A stretch of DNA of 64,000 nucleotides. Origin: Octopus bimaculoides (lineage: Eukaryota). The DNA is taken from positions 3,922,605 through 3,986,604 of the forward strand of contig NC_068982.1 in the NCBI RefSeq assembly GCF_001194135.2. The letters are read 5' to 3'. Positions within the stretch are counted from its first letter, which is position 1. The number at the start of each line of letters is the position of its first letter. The notes below the pieces were generated by a model, which searched no databases, was not told where the DNA came from, and was given only the letters and a program-made list of their open reading frames with translations. The position numbers were made by a program, and so were the translations under genes. Shown here one piece after another: positions 23,576 to 36,837 of the stretch.

Positions 23576-25462
23576 ATCATCATTATAATTATAATTATCA
23601 TCATCATCATCACTGTCGTCATCATACAAGAAATCTAAGTTGTTATTGGTTTTGAAATTGTTTCGGAATTGCTGAAAATCATTTCCATCCCAGTGCAGCT
23701 GTGAAAGAAGTGTGTGCCTGTGTTTGATGCATTGAATATATGGAATGGATCCTGTTTGGAAATCTGCTGAGCCTTGTGGTGTTATGTTCTGGAGATTGTA
23801 TTTAAAGGACAGCTTCAATTTCTCATATTTGTTTTGCTGTGTTTTTTTCTTTTTTTCTTTTTGTCGTTTATCCTCTTATTGAGAAGACATCTTTTCTTCC
23901 TGCTCTTTAGAATGTGATTTCATCTTCTCCCAAAGTGGACTTCCCGGTTCTCGTAAAATGACAAACCATTCAAAAACCGGGGCTAATGGCATCATTTTAC
24001 ACCCCTCCCTCCCCTCAGAATGTCAGACCTTTATTCTTTTATTTGTTTCAGTCATTTGACTGCGGCCATGCTGGAGCACCACCTTTAGTCGAGCAAATCG
24101 ACCCCAGGACTCATTCTTTTTGTGTTTTATAATAGTCATTTATGATAATGAAAAGGTTAAAAAGCATGGTGTCGATTAACCCGGATTACATATGTACATT
24201 TGATGACTAAGTCATTATTATAAGTTAAGTGTGTAATAGTCACACAGACTCAGAATTTATATTTCAGAGTTTATTATGTTGCAAGTATTAAGATCAGACC
24301 CAACAATTCTTTCGATGTCAGTGATTCTTAAACTGGAGCCCACGGTCCCTTAGGGCAGTGGTTCTCAAAGTGGGCAGTATTGCTCCCNNNNNNNNNNNNN
24401 NNNNNNNNNNNNNNNNNNNNNNNNNNNNNNNNNNNNNNNNNNNNNNNNNNNNNNNNNNNNNNNNNNNNNNNNNNNNNNNNNNNNNNNNNNNNNNNNNNNN
24501 NNNNNNNNNNNNNNNNNNNNNNNNNNNNNNNNNNNNNNNNNNNNNNNNNNNNNNNNNNNNNNNNGGGGGGGGGCAATAATGGGGTAGTGATTCATGTCAA
24601 ACAACAAAATAATAATTTCGTTAGGTTAAGCTTTATTTGTGAAATACAATTGTTTTGAATTTGCTTCAGAAAAAGGACTTAGTTGGGGTGGGGGCATTAG
24701 GAATGTGGCATGGGTGTCAAAGGGGCGGCATCCCAAAAAGGGGACCACAAAGATTTTAGCGGGGCTGCAAGGGGACACTGAAATATCTTGGAAATGGGTG
24801 GCTTGAGAAAATTAAGTTTAAAAATTTCAAGACTTTCAATCTCCCACATCCTATCATCCTTTTTTTGTCGTTGACCTCAAAACATCACCCCACTCCTACA
24901 TACTCATTTGCTAACCACACTTGTTATACAACATGTGTGATGGGCCAATGGAAAATATGTGGGTACAACAGCTGATCATGCATGTGTTGTCGGTATTCTA
25001 TGCTCGCATGATTCACCACTCCACTATTGCAATCCACATGTTTGCATGTCTCTCGCCATCGTTTCTCAGTTGTCATTCGCTATTTCGTGCAAATAGAATT
25101 AAATGTAAGCTGTACAAGTGTAGGTGTCTTTGTGAATGAACAGAGAAACAGCGACAGAGAAGGACACACAAACACACACACACACGATGAAATGGATGCT
25201 GAAAGTACGAAGCAGATATTTGGGAAAAGCTAATGGAGGAAATCAAAGGCATGATGTTGTGATGACAACAAAATTAGAATTAGAAACAAGTCAGTGGATG
25301 TTTACAACCAAAGAGTTTTAAATGCGATAAATAGACTGATGGTATTTTTAATCATGATTGAGAGAAAGATGGTGACAAGAAGAAACAATGCAAAGAAACA
25401 CTTACAAGTGGTGGTGGGGGATGAAAAATAAAAAGATGTCTACAAAACTCAACAAAGACAAT

Positions 25463-25912
25463 ATTTACATTATTTACATTTGACGAATATTTGTCCTCAT
25501 CTTGTTTGTTATCAACAATGTTTCGGCTGATATACCCTCCAGCCTTCATAAGGTGTGTTGGGGAAATTTCAAACCTGGGTTCTCATTCCTAAGGTATTTT
25601 TCTGATGTTATTATCATTATTATTATTATTATTCAGGTCACTGCTTGGAATCAAATTCGGAATCTTAGGGTTAAGAACGCGGGCTACTAACCCTAAGATT
25701 CCGAGTTCGATTCCAGGCAGTGACCTGAATAATAATGATAATGAAAAATACCTTAGGAATGAGAACCCAGGTTCAAAATTTCCCCAAGACACCTGATGAA
25801 GGCTGGAGGGTATATCAGCCGAAACGTTGTGTTAACAACAAACAAGATGAGAACAAATATCCCTCAAATGTAAATAATGTACATAATTCCTCATCTCTTG
25901 AATATAGAACTG
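25463..25912. mobile_element. H1 element, head-to-head inverted pair with partial tRNA heads
   Basis: Truncated minus arm followed by a plus arm ending TAGAACTG; direct repeat AAAGACAAT at 25454-25462 and 25913-25921. Confidence 0.85.
25788..25833 (+). ncRNA. Minimal type I hammerhead ribozyme motif (H1), intact core
   Basis: Same architecture and sequence as 7792-7837. Confidence 0.8.
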
Positions 25913-26173
25913 AAAGACAATCTTTTAGTCACCTGTTGGACAGAGGCTACACTCCCAGAATCTTAGTTCACTTTTGAGTCCTAGGTGGGACCCCATTTAG
26001 CTTCTTCAGTGACAATGCTAAGGCCTTTAAAAAATGCATTAATGTCTCACATGCTTTCTTTCATCGATCTGAGGTCTTGTGAGCATATTTTAAGGAACTT
26101 AAAATGTTAATCTCCCAAACAACAGAAGTATGTGACACACAGAAAGCCCCAATGCTTTAGTCTCACCTGCCAC

Positions 26174-26430
26174 CAGGGCCATGGAGTCAGAGAGTCAGAA
26201 ACAATTAAGGGGTAGCTGGAGTCGGAGTCAGTAAAACTATACCGACTCCCAATATCTTTATTCTTTAATATAAACCAGTTATAACACATAGGCCTACTCA
26301 AAGTACAAGCATATGCATTATGAGATATGTAGACCACAATCACTTAATTACATAAAGAGGAGTCAGAGTCAGAGGTGCCAATAGTACAGGAGTCAGAGTC
26401 AAAGTTTTTTGTTTCGACTCCACAGCTCTG
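26174..26430. mobile_element. hAT-type MITE with GGAGTC(G/A)GAGTC subterminal repeats
   Basis: TIR CAGGGCCATGGAGTC / GACTCCACAGCTCTG; 8-bp flanks CCTGCCAC / CCTGTCAC. Confidence 0.8.
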
Positions 26431-26896
26431 CCTGTCACAGCTCGGGGTTCAAATTCCGTACACTTTGCCTTGCAACCTTGTAATGCTGATAAAATATGTA
26501 CCAGTAATATACGGAGGTGATTCCATCAATTGTACTACCATTGTACAAATGCTTGGTCTTTTATCAATTTATACAGCCAATACTTTTAATTCTCTTCTAT
26601 AGATAGGAAAGAGTGAGAGAGGGAGGGAGGGAGGAAGGGAGAGAGGGAGGAAGGGAGAGAGGGAGGGAGAGAGAGAGAGAGAGAGAGAGAGCATGAATGA
26701 TTGAACAAATAGGGGGCTGTCTTCATGGACAGTCAACTTGTTTAAAAAAAGAAAAAGATTTTAAATTCACTTAACGGCCTATAACATCAAGCCAACCCCT
26801 AAACAAGCTCTGCAACCAAAATGATTTCACGATTACCCCTCCAAATGAAAGCGAAACTGTTGACCCCTACTTCATACTTGATAAACCTAACTTCTC

Positions 26897-27280
26897 TTAT
26901 CTTTTACTTGTTTCAGTCTTAGACTTTGGCCATGCTGGGGCACCACTTCAAAGAATTTTAGGTGAACAGATCAACCCCAGTAGTTATTTTTATTCTAAGC
27001 CAGGTACTTATTCCATCAGTCTCTTTTACCGAACCACTAAGTTATAGGGATGTAAACACACCAACACCAATTGTCAAGCAGTGGTGGAGGGACAAACAGA
27101 GACACAAAGACACACACGCAAAGGGCTTCTTTTAGTTTCCTTCTACCAAATCAACTGACAAGGCTTTGGTCAGCCCGAAGCTATAGTAGAATACACTTGC
27201 CCAAAGTGCCTCACAGTGGGACTGAACCCAGAACGATGTGGTTGGGAAGCAACCTTCTTACCACACACTCAAGCCTGCAC
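26897..27280 (-). mobile_element. SINE family B
   Basis: Same consensus. Confidence 0.85.
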
Positions 27281-27477
27281 CTATTCTATTGCAAAGTTCT
27301 TTAAATTTAATCCTCAACAATTACGAAATTGCTAACCAAGTCATACATTAACTCATCTCCACAAACAAAACGTTCCTTAGTTATTTACCTCCCCAAAATA
27401 CACAACTAATGTCTATCTTAACTTTAATGGCGCCATGTGGAAATAAGATAATATTTCCAGGTCTCATTACTCTCCCA

Positions 27478-27720
27478 GGCAGTGAGCTAGCAGAATCGTT
27501 AGCACACCGGGCAAACTACTTTGTGGCATTTCAACCATCCTTATGTTCTGAGTTCAATTTCCACCGAGGTCGAATTTGCTTTTCATCCATTCAGGGTCGA
27601 TAAATTAAGTAGCAGTGAAACACTAGGGATCAAAGTAATTGACACACACCCTACCCCAAAATGGCTGCCCTGGTGGCAAAATTTGAAACCATTATTATTG
27701 AGCTTGTGCTTATAAAGAGA
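27478..27720 (+). mobile_element. SINE family A variant
   Basis: Shares head and central domain with 19271-19502. Confidence 0.8.
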
Positions 27721-27844
27721 CTGGTTCAAAAACTCCTTCACTCTCTCCCCAAGGTTGTATGCCAGTACAGCAGTAATCAATAAGAAAGAGAAAATAACTT
27801 AGAAGATAGGTTAACCAGATGGATTGTGAGTCTATATCCTAGAT

Positions 27845-28007
27845 TAATGGTTCTCAACCTTTTTAATATCTGGGCCAGATCCAAACCCAGATATTGTTAG
27901 GGGCTGCACCAAAAGTAAAACAAATCAACTAAGGAAAAATTCATTCCTAGAAAGAAGAGTTTTGGAGGCCACAATGAGGCCCTTTGGGCCAAGGTAGAGA
28001 ATGACTG
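27845..28007. mobile_element. hAT-type MITE
   Basis: Degenerate TIR (TAATGGTTCTCAACC / GGTAGAGAATGACTG); exact 8-bp direct repeat TCCTAGAT on both sides. Confidence 0.75.
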
Positions 28008-28279
28008 TCCTAGATACACTCCACATGGAAAAAGTGGTAGGATGGTTAGGGCAGGAATACCCATCTGTTCAAGACCTTACCCGAGGTTAAACAACAGGCA
28101 GTAGAAATGATTGATAAATACAGGTTAGAATGAACAGAATCTCTCATTTCTAAACAGATTAAAAGGCCCAAAGGGCAAGGATGCTAAGATAGTTTTGTGA
28201 CATTTCATGACGCCACATTTTATCTTCTCCAATCCCATCTCACATGACACTGACCTAAGTGCCATTCATTTAAATAATA

Positions 28280-28554
28280 CAGTTCCATATTCAAGAGATG
28301 AGGAATTATTTACATTATTTACATTTGATGGATATTTGTCCTCAACTTGTTTGTTGTTAACACGTTTCGGCTGATATATCCTCCAACCTTCATCAGGTGT
28401 CTTGGGGAAATTTCGAACCTGGGTTCTCATTGCTAAGGTATTTTTTGATATTATTATTATTCAGGTCACTGCCTGGAATCGAACTCGGAATCTTGGGTTA
28501 GTAGCCCGCGCTCTTAACTACTACGCCATATGCCCATCAAATGTAAATAATGTA
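28280..28554 (-). mobile_element. H1 full-length monomer: tRNA-like head, (AAT)n, hammerhead, TAGAACTG-type end, plus a short inverted tip
   Basis: Reverse complement reads GGGCATATGGCGTAGTAGTTAAGAGCGCGGGCTACTAACCCAAGATTCCGAGTTCGATTCC (A and B boxes), then the hammerhead region (3-nt deletion in stem III/I). Degenerate direct repeat CATTCATTT... at 28263 and 28555. Confidence 0.85.
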
Positions 28555-29390
28555 CATTCATTTGAAGTATACTGACCTTAACATCAATATTAAAACCAAA
28601 CAAGGCTATACATTAAAATTTTTTTTTTTAATTTCTAAAGAACCCTGTGTTTGTCAGCAAAAATTGCACCATTAAGATTGGTGTTAGATCTATTTGAGCC
28701 AAACTGTATACATCATTCGCATTCCTTATTGCACTGACAATTACATTGAATAACAGAGATGAGAGATTCAAACCTTGTCTAATGCCTTTTTAAATTGAAA
28801 ATTAGCTAGATATCTGATCTTTGATTTTAAATTTATGCACACACAAACCTATAAAATTATCAGATGCAACGGGAATTACAAATTCAATTCAATGAAAAAA
28901 ATATAAAAATAAAAAAATTATAGCTATGGAATCAACTCAATTTTTAGATCCTGATTACAGTTATGACAAAACTATGATTTACTGGTTCTGGTCAGAAAGA
29001 TTTGGAGTCGTGATAATGGTGAAAAATTTCAAACTGCTGTATTCTAGAGACGACAAGCATAATGTAACTGTGAAATTTGCCCTTTATAGAAAGTATTGAT
29101 AATTACCTTTCAAGTTGTCTAGCTAGGCTTACTCTATCCAAAATGATAGAACACATACTGTGGCAGTCTGCACTTTCTACAGAGAGGGTGCTGGCAACAA
29201 GGATGAATTTTGCACATCGTTAAAATGCCAATGTATCTTAAAAGGTATCCCAAAATCAAAGGTAAATCAATAATTGCTTTTTTTTTTTTCTTTTCTCTTT
29301 TTTGTGCATGCTCATTTTCAAAGTTCTGTACAAGATGTTTATGCAATGAGAGAACATAACAGACACCATCTACAGTGTATTGTAGTTTGT

Positions 29391-29619
29391 TTAACCCTTT
29401 CATTACCAGCCTGGTTGAAAACACTTCTGGCTCTGAGTACAAATGTCTTATTTTCTTAAATTTTGAATTAAAATCTTCCACCAAACCTTAGTCACAATTT
29501 ATGTTCCTAACACGATCTTAATGATATCTAAGTTATTTTACTAAATTCTTTGTTGTAATTAAAATTAATTCAAAGAAACACAGAGCATCTCAAAATAAAT
29601 ACAGTAACGAAAGGGTTAA
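29391..29619. mobile_element. piggyBac-type MITE (same family as 22772-23002)
   Basis: TTAA-CCCTTT...AAAGGG-TTAA ends. Confidence 0.85.
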
Positions 29620-30539
29620 AGAAATACCAGCAGAAACATTATTCAAATTATTTTTAAAAGCCTAAGTTAATGAACTATCAAATGAAGAACATAGCTTTCA
29701 GATCTTAACTGGCGTATGTTCACTGACAGTGACAATACTCTTGGGAAAAGGCTGAACACCATAAATGCTTTCTTTAAATATAGAACCTTTGTGCACAATC
29801 AAAAAGACAGCTTAAGTGTGGAGATGCTGTGGGGAAATCTAATTACCTTAAAGGTTCAATTTGGAAAACTAACCACCTGTGAAATACTAAATTCAATTCA
29901 ATCAAATCTATTCCACCCCATCAAGAATTAGACCATCTTAAAGTGTAAGAAATCCTCTCACGTTAAATTTAGTAAAAAAAAAAAAAAAAAAATTTTTTTA
30001 ACCATAAAGAGCTTGATTATTCAAAGCCTGCAAGTGTGTGTGTGTGTATGTGTGTGTGTGTGTGTGCATACTGTTATAATAAAACATTTGGTCATTCAGG
30101 AAGAAAACACCCATGTCAATATCTAACAGAACAATAACTGCGTAACCAAGTGTTTAGCTTTTGAGAACTTTTACATATTTATATTGTTGGAATTGATTTT
30201 GCAAAAATATATTAAGCAGGTTTCTCTTAAAAAACCCCAAAATCTTCAATTTATTTTTTGCTCACACCTAAAAAAGTAGACGGATAACAACATGTCTCAA
30301 TAGATGAGTACAAACATGAGCTTGTAATCAGGGATACAATATCTACAGCTTCCGAACTATATGCATGTTGTTTCCCAACATCAAAAATTCTATGAACAAG
30401 TCAGTGGTGAAGCCTCTACCCAACACTCAATCTACTATAAATAGCAACCAAATCACCTTTAAAAACCAAAAAAAAAAAAGGGGAGAGGATAAATTAAATA
30501 AGGGAGTCCAGAGCACACTATAATCAGAGAAAATAAAAA

Positions 30540-30740
30540 TATCCTTTTCTACTCTAGGCACAAGGCCCAAAATTTTGGGGGAGGGGGGGCAGTCAATTAG
30601 ATCGACCCAGTATGCAACTGGTACTTAATTTATCGACCCCGAAAGGATGAAAGGCAAAGTCGATCTCAGCAGAATTTAACTCAGAATGTAAAGACAGATG
30701 AAATACTGCCAAGCATTTCCCCCAGCATGCTAACGTTTCG
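30540..30740 (-). mobile_element. SINE family A variant
   Basis: Reverse complement of the central domain. Confidence 0.8.
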
Positions 30741-31089
30741 AAAAATATCAAAGCTGGAGTGCTTTTGCTCTGATCAAAACCAATTTGTGGCTAAGGAGCA
30801 ACTTCTGTACTTAAATAATGGTACACAGTAAAGTGAGACATGCAGGGGACCATGTCTGACACTCTTCTCAATGAGTATATTCAATGAACTCACTGCAGTT
30901 CAAAAGTAAAGTTCTGAGATGCTGCAGGGGTGGAGTAGATCCACCACAGAAATCAAAGTGCTACAGCAATAGTGCTCTATAAAACGCACATGCACACAAG
31001 CTGAGCTCCATTGGAAGTCAGAGCATTATGGAAGATGATGGTCTATTAGGGTTAGTATATCAAGCCTGTGTACAACCGCTCCATAAACC

Positions 31090-31375
31090 CATCGTTATCA
31101 TCATCATTTAACGTCTGCTTGCCATGCTGGCATGGGTTAGACGGTTTGACTGGAACTGGTAAGCCAGAGAGCTGCACCAGGTTCCAGTCTGATTTGGTAT
31201 GGTTTCTAAGGCTGGATGTCCTCTCTGACGCCAACCACTCCCTCCAAGAGTGTCAATTGATGCTTTTTACGTACCACCGGCACGGGTGCCATTTACATGT
31301 CACTGGCAACGACCACGACGATTTCACTTGGCCTGACGAGTCTTATCAAGCACAGTAGATCGCCAAAGGTTTCCT
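31090..31375 (-). mobile_element. RTE 3'-end copy reaching the ORF stop region
   Basis: The tail continues into sequence matching 54230-54290. Confidence 0.8.
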
Positions 31376-34300
31376 GGATATCTGTTCTGCATTCAACTAT
31401 CAGAATTTGAACAAACTCCCACCCAGAGACGGCCGTAAGTTCCAGCTCAGCTGACGAGATACAAATTTTCAAACTCGGCATTGTAGGAAAATAACAGATA
31501 ATTTGGTTACACAAAATTTTACTATAGCAAAGAGCACTCTGAACTAGGACACTACAGCGTGTGTCTCTATGTTACACGGTGAGGTGGGAAGACTTTATCA
31601 GGGATACTGCGCAAATTCATTTAACAACTGAGGAACAGCAGATTCTCTGCACCGTTAAATCAGCAAATCAATGATTTGGCCAAGGGGTAATAATACCGAT
31701 TTATTACACAGGTAGAAAGGTTACGAATTTATTATAGGAGATGAGTGACTGGATTTGAACTCAGAACAAGTAATTACGACAGTGTTTCGAGCATAACAGA
31801 TGTCTGCCCTCTACCGACTGTGTTTCTTATAACTTACTGAAAAATAGATATTTTTAGATAAAATTTGCAACAAATACGTGTACAATAGGTTTATTTTGTA
31901 TACAAATGGTGTACAATAGGATTATATCGGAAGCTGATGTGAAAAAAAGTGGCAGTTAATTCACGCACTTCGTTGAAAACGTCTGAGGAAAACGAAGTCG
32001 AGGTGTGTCAATTGACCTCACCCCCAAATTTTTTAACAGATCAAATTCCGATATAATCGTCATCTACACCAACTGAAAGGCATTTGAGAAAGTTATGAGG
32101 AAACAAATCGACGTGTGTGAATTATCCAAAGCCCCACCGAAAAACATTCTTACAAGTTCCGATATAACCCTAACCCTTTTATCGTCACCGACCCCGATTA
32201 TATATAAGTAATGGCTTTCTTTCGTTTTGAGTAGATCTCTGTAAACATTGTTGTCGGTAATTTCTAAATAATTTCTTACACTATTTGAAATATATAAGTC
32301 GGCAAATTTGAATGGAAGGGCTGTACTCAACAAAACTGACCCAGTTCAATGCCGGTAACTGATTTAATCGATTGAAAAGTGATGATTAAAGTCGAATCAA
32401 CAATCCCCGACGGGATGTGGACGCAGGGTTACAAGCTGATAAGACAACGCCATTCAAACTGTAGACAACGACCATATGATGAACAAAAGGTGAAGTGAGA
32501 TAATCGGACTGTGACCTTTTTTTTGAATCACGAATAGATATAGTCAACGAAAAACTGATGATAGGAGGGGAAAATAAAAGATAAGCAACAGACACGAGAC
32601 ATGTTTAGATAATCAATTAAAAATACACAACATCGCAACAGTTGACAATTTGTCATTCTTAAATCACATCAAGGTTTCACAAACAGAATTTAACTGAAGA
32701 AAACATGATTTTTAATTGTAGATATTTTTTCTACATAAGCTTGAAACCACAACCTGATCAAGGGAGATTGTTGCGACGTTCCAAGGGAAAATCATAACAG
32801 ATTCACGAGCATTATTATATATATATACACTGGAATAATAAACATATGGATCGGACACTAGCGTTCAGGGATATAATAAAGGTGCTCTATTGACTTTTAG
32901 CGGTCCCAATTTCTTATTATTATTATAATTATTATTCGTCAGTGTTTGGGGGCAAAATGCTTTGCCGTATTTCTTCCGGCTCTTGACGTTTTGAGTTCAA
33001 ATCCCGTCGAGGTCAACATTGCTTTTCATTCCACCGGGATCGATAAAATAAAGTACAAGCAGGTAGGATGATATCGACTAATCCCCTTCCAATTTACTGA
33101 CCTTAAATCTAAATCAGATATTATTATCATTATTATATCATCATCATCATCATTTACCAACAAGGGTACCGCATACTAATGTGCTATAAAATACTTTTAC
33201 AAAAAGAAAAATAGATGTGGGCGTAGAAAGTCAGTGGTACCAATGGACAGGGTTAATTTCTTCTAACCCTAACCCTGTCCATTGGTACAAAGAAGAGGGG
33301 GCAATAGTAACAAACGAAACTGAAGCCGAACGATGTCTTGAGGTGTCAACTGAGTCATACTAATCTGGGCAACCTCCCTATTGTTTTTGGTTGGAAGAGA
33401 GGGTTATTAAGTACAACATCCGATACGTTTATGAGGGGAAAGGAGTCGGTTGGATACAACGGCATTCTTTTACAACTTATTTATCAACGGCAAAAATAAA
33501 AGTGATGAAATGTAAAGGGATTCGAATTGGGGATGCAAGGACACACACATCACACATTCGATACATATTTATACATGTGTGTGTGTGTGTGTTTGTGTCA
33601 TACACACACATACACATGTACATGAAGGTATATGGCATATTGTAAAATCCTCTGAATTGCAAAGGTAGATGGAGGATTAAAGCAAAATAGAAGCAATTAA
33701 TGACATGCGAAAAGGTTTTAACGAAAAAAAAAAAAAAAAAAGAGGCGAAACAGTTTTATTGTCGAGAATTGAAAACCACCCAGCTTTCACCTCTTGCAAT
33801 GAATAAATCATGATATTATTTTTATTCAGGCAAGATTCACAAAAAGCTGTTCACCAGTCAATAATAATTGATGGTACTTCTATCGACCCTACAAGAGATT
33901 AATGTAGTTTGTGGTGAGATATGAGAATATAAAAATGAGATGATGACTGGAATTTTAGGGGTGAGAGGAATTGACAAATGACGCCTATCGTTTCCAAATT
34001 CTTCTCGGGTATATATTAGTTAAATGACTAAATTGATTCAAAGCTAAAACCGAAAAGATAGGGGTAAATCCGTTTGCTAACCGTCGCTCTAGAATTCCTT
34101 TCACTGCCTCGAATTCATAAATGAAAGAAAATACGACTGGGTGATGTTCACTCCTTCATTTAACCAGGAACGAAAATAAATGAGGAAATCCTTAAAGACG
34201 CACAATTTGTCAATAATTCAGATAAATATTCAAGGCTGTTAATGTTAAATTAAACTTGTTTTTAAACTTCAGATTTAATATGAAAGTTTGATGGGGTTTT

Positions 34301-34649
34301 TTTTTTTAATGATTACAAACAAAATATAGAAATACCCACATTAAAAAGAAATACGTACATATTTTGAAATATTGATAGAACGAGAAAGAAACACGATAAT
34401 TAAATATTCATACATGGAATGACATTTAATATATGTGTCGAGACAAAAAGTTTATATATTCGATTCAGATAAACAGATATAAACAAACAAGCAGATTATA
34501 ATATTCCTTAAATACACGCAGAGATGAGACGAGGCGGTTGAATGAAAATGAAAGAATACGACATGAATTCAGTGACAGAACATTTAAGTAGGAAACAATT
34601 AAAGTTGAAAGAAAGTAATGACTATTTATTAGTATTATTATAATCTTAC

Positions 34650-35095
34650 CTTTCAAGTAATTTATGATTTCCTAGTACAGTATGAGGACAGATATTTGCA
34701 GTACATTTACCAGAGTGCTTCGTCTGCAACTGTCACTCGACGGGGGTTTAGCTTCAAGTCGTAGTATTAGCAGCAGCAGCGGAACGAATAGTAGTAAATA
34801 TACTATTCACCCGGGCAATAAATAAGATATTTACGAGGAAGCTTCTATGAATGTGTTTGTGGGGGGAATTGAGTTATCGACACGGCGGCAGTAGTAAAGC
34901 GTTTTTAGTGAAGCTTTCACAAATATGCAATACGCAAATAGAGAAATTCACCGAAAAACATTTTGGTTGTTCGGGTAAATAAAATATCGAAGCGGAAGCT
35001 GCTGTCATAAATATCGTGAACCGAGTTATCTGCACGATATTATTTATAGTAAGCGATTTTGGAGTCAATTTTACTTTTTTTTAACTGGAGGAAAA
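34650..35095. promoter_or_regulatory. CpG-rich putative bidirectional promoter with divergent non-coding first exons
   Basis: Minus donor AAG|GTAAGA at 34650/34649 and plus donor AAA|GTAAGA at 35095/35096 face away from a CpG-rich core that contains a CGGAAG motif. Confidence 0.3.
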
Positions 35096-36150
35096 GTAAG
35101 AGATAAGTTTACCCCTCTTTCCTGTTTTCATTCTCTCTCTCTCTCTCTCTCCTCTCTCCTCTCTCCCTCTCTTTCTTCCTTCCTCTCTTTCGTCCTTCAC
35201 TCCCTTATATATTTATCTGACCTCCTAACATGTTTTCTTGGGGCTTCTTTTCTTTTCCATAAAACTTTTCGTTTTCTAAATTAATTAAAACTCTGGAATA
35301 AGACTAATATGTATTAAAAAAATCAAAATTTATATGGTGTGGTTCAAGTAAAAAATTTATCTTTTCATATTGCAAAATTCTAAGAAAATTATATTTTCTA
35401 TTAAAAACGTTTAGTAGATAGGAAGTTGTAAACATTACTCGAAATACAATCTTATGTGTGTATGAACACACACATACACACATATGAAAGGAGAGATACA
35501 CATACTCACGCCGAATGAAATGTAGAAAAACATAAATTTCACATATGTATCACAATTTAATTGTTTTCAACAGCTGTTTCATTAAGAATAAGTACAATTA
35601 AGTCTACAGTTACACCATTAAGATAGACAGTTAATGAAATTTAATTGAAATGAAATTAGTTTTGAGTAATGTTCATCCCAAATCATCAGGAATACTACCA
35701 GCTATATCTGCTTTAATAACCATTGCTGGTTTAAATACACAACACTGAGAGAATCATGTATATATATATATGTATATCTATCTATCTATCTATCTATATA
35801 TATATATATATATATATATATNNNNNNNNNNNNNNNNNNNNNNNNNNNNNNNNNNNNNNNNNNNNNNNNNNNNNNNNNNNNNNNNNNNNNNNNNNNNNNN
35901 NNNNNNNNNNNNNNNNNNNNNNNNNNNNNNNNNNNNNNNNNNNNNNNNNNNNNNNNNNNNNNNNNNNNNNNNNNNNNNNNNNNNNNNNNNNNNNNNNNNN
36001 NNNNNNNNNNNNNNNNNNNNNNNNNNNNNNNNNNNNNNNNNNNNNNNNNNNNNNNNNNNNNNNNNNNNNNNNNNNNNNNNNNNNNNNNNNNNNNNNNNNN
36101 NNNNNNNNNNNNNNNNNNNNNNNNNNNNNNNNNNNNNNNNNNNNNNNNNN

Positions 36151-36837
36151 TCTGAATGGCTTCCTTGTTTAAGTTGGTAAATGCTGCCGTAATCCTTGCC
36201 TTCAGTTCATCTTTGGTGTTACAAGGAGTTTTGTTGGTCTCTCGCTCAACTGCACCCCACACATAATAATCAAGGGGGTTGCAGTCTTGGGAGTTAGGTG
36301 GCCAGATGTTAGGGGCGATGTGGTCGTAGAAATTATCTGACAACCATGACTGGGTTCTCCTACTTGTGTGGCATGGTGCAGAGTCCTGTTGCCAAACAAA
36401 GGGTCTTCCAGCAGCCACCCTCTTGACCCAAGGCGGCACTACCTCTTCCAGGCACTTGATGTAGGCCTCCATGTTGAGTGTAAGGCCGTGTGGGAAGATG
36501 AATGGAGGCATAACATCGCGATCACTAGTGATCGCTCCAAACACCATGATATTGACTGGATGTTTGATTTTTATCACTCTCGGTACATGTCCTCAAACTG
36601 TACTGTCCTCAAACTGACACCCAAACACTGAAATGTTCATATTGGAGCTTCTGGCACGAATGCCAAGCTGTACAGCATGTTGTTTCCAAATTTCTAGCAG
36701 AGTGAATTGCGTCATAGTGCTGTTTTTCTCACAGATGGTACTCAACTGACCCTACTATACTGTGTAGTTGACAAAATCAAAAACCAGCAATGTGCATGCG
36801 CGAAATTACAAATATAAAATGGCAAAAAATTTGCCAT
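36151..36837 (-). mobile_element. Tc1/mariner DD37D (maT) transposon, internally deleted, partly in a gap
   Basis: Open frame with WQQDSAPCH...WPPNSQDCNPLDYYVWG; 37 residues counted between the last two catalytic Asp; N-terminal remnant near 36600-36720; TA-rich flank. Confidence 0.9.

Noticed and set aside
22495-23930. Two diverged copies of a ~300-bp segment (about 22495-22770 and 23630-23930)
   Set aside because: Looks like an old unclassified repeat; no function or family could be supported.
28463-28535. tRNA-like cloverleaf with ACT at the anticodon position
   Set aside because: Poor anticodon and acceptor stems, and always attached to the H1 body; a SINE head, not a tRNA gene.
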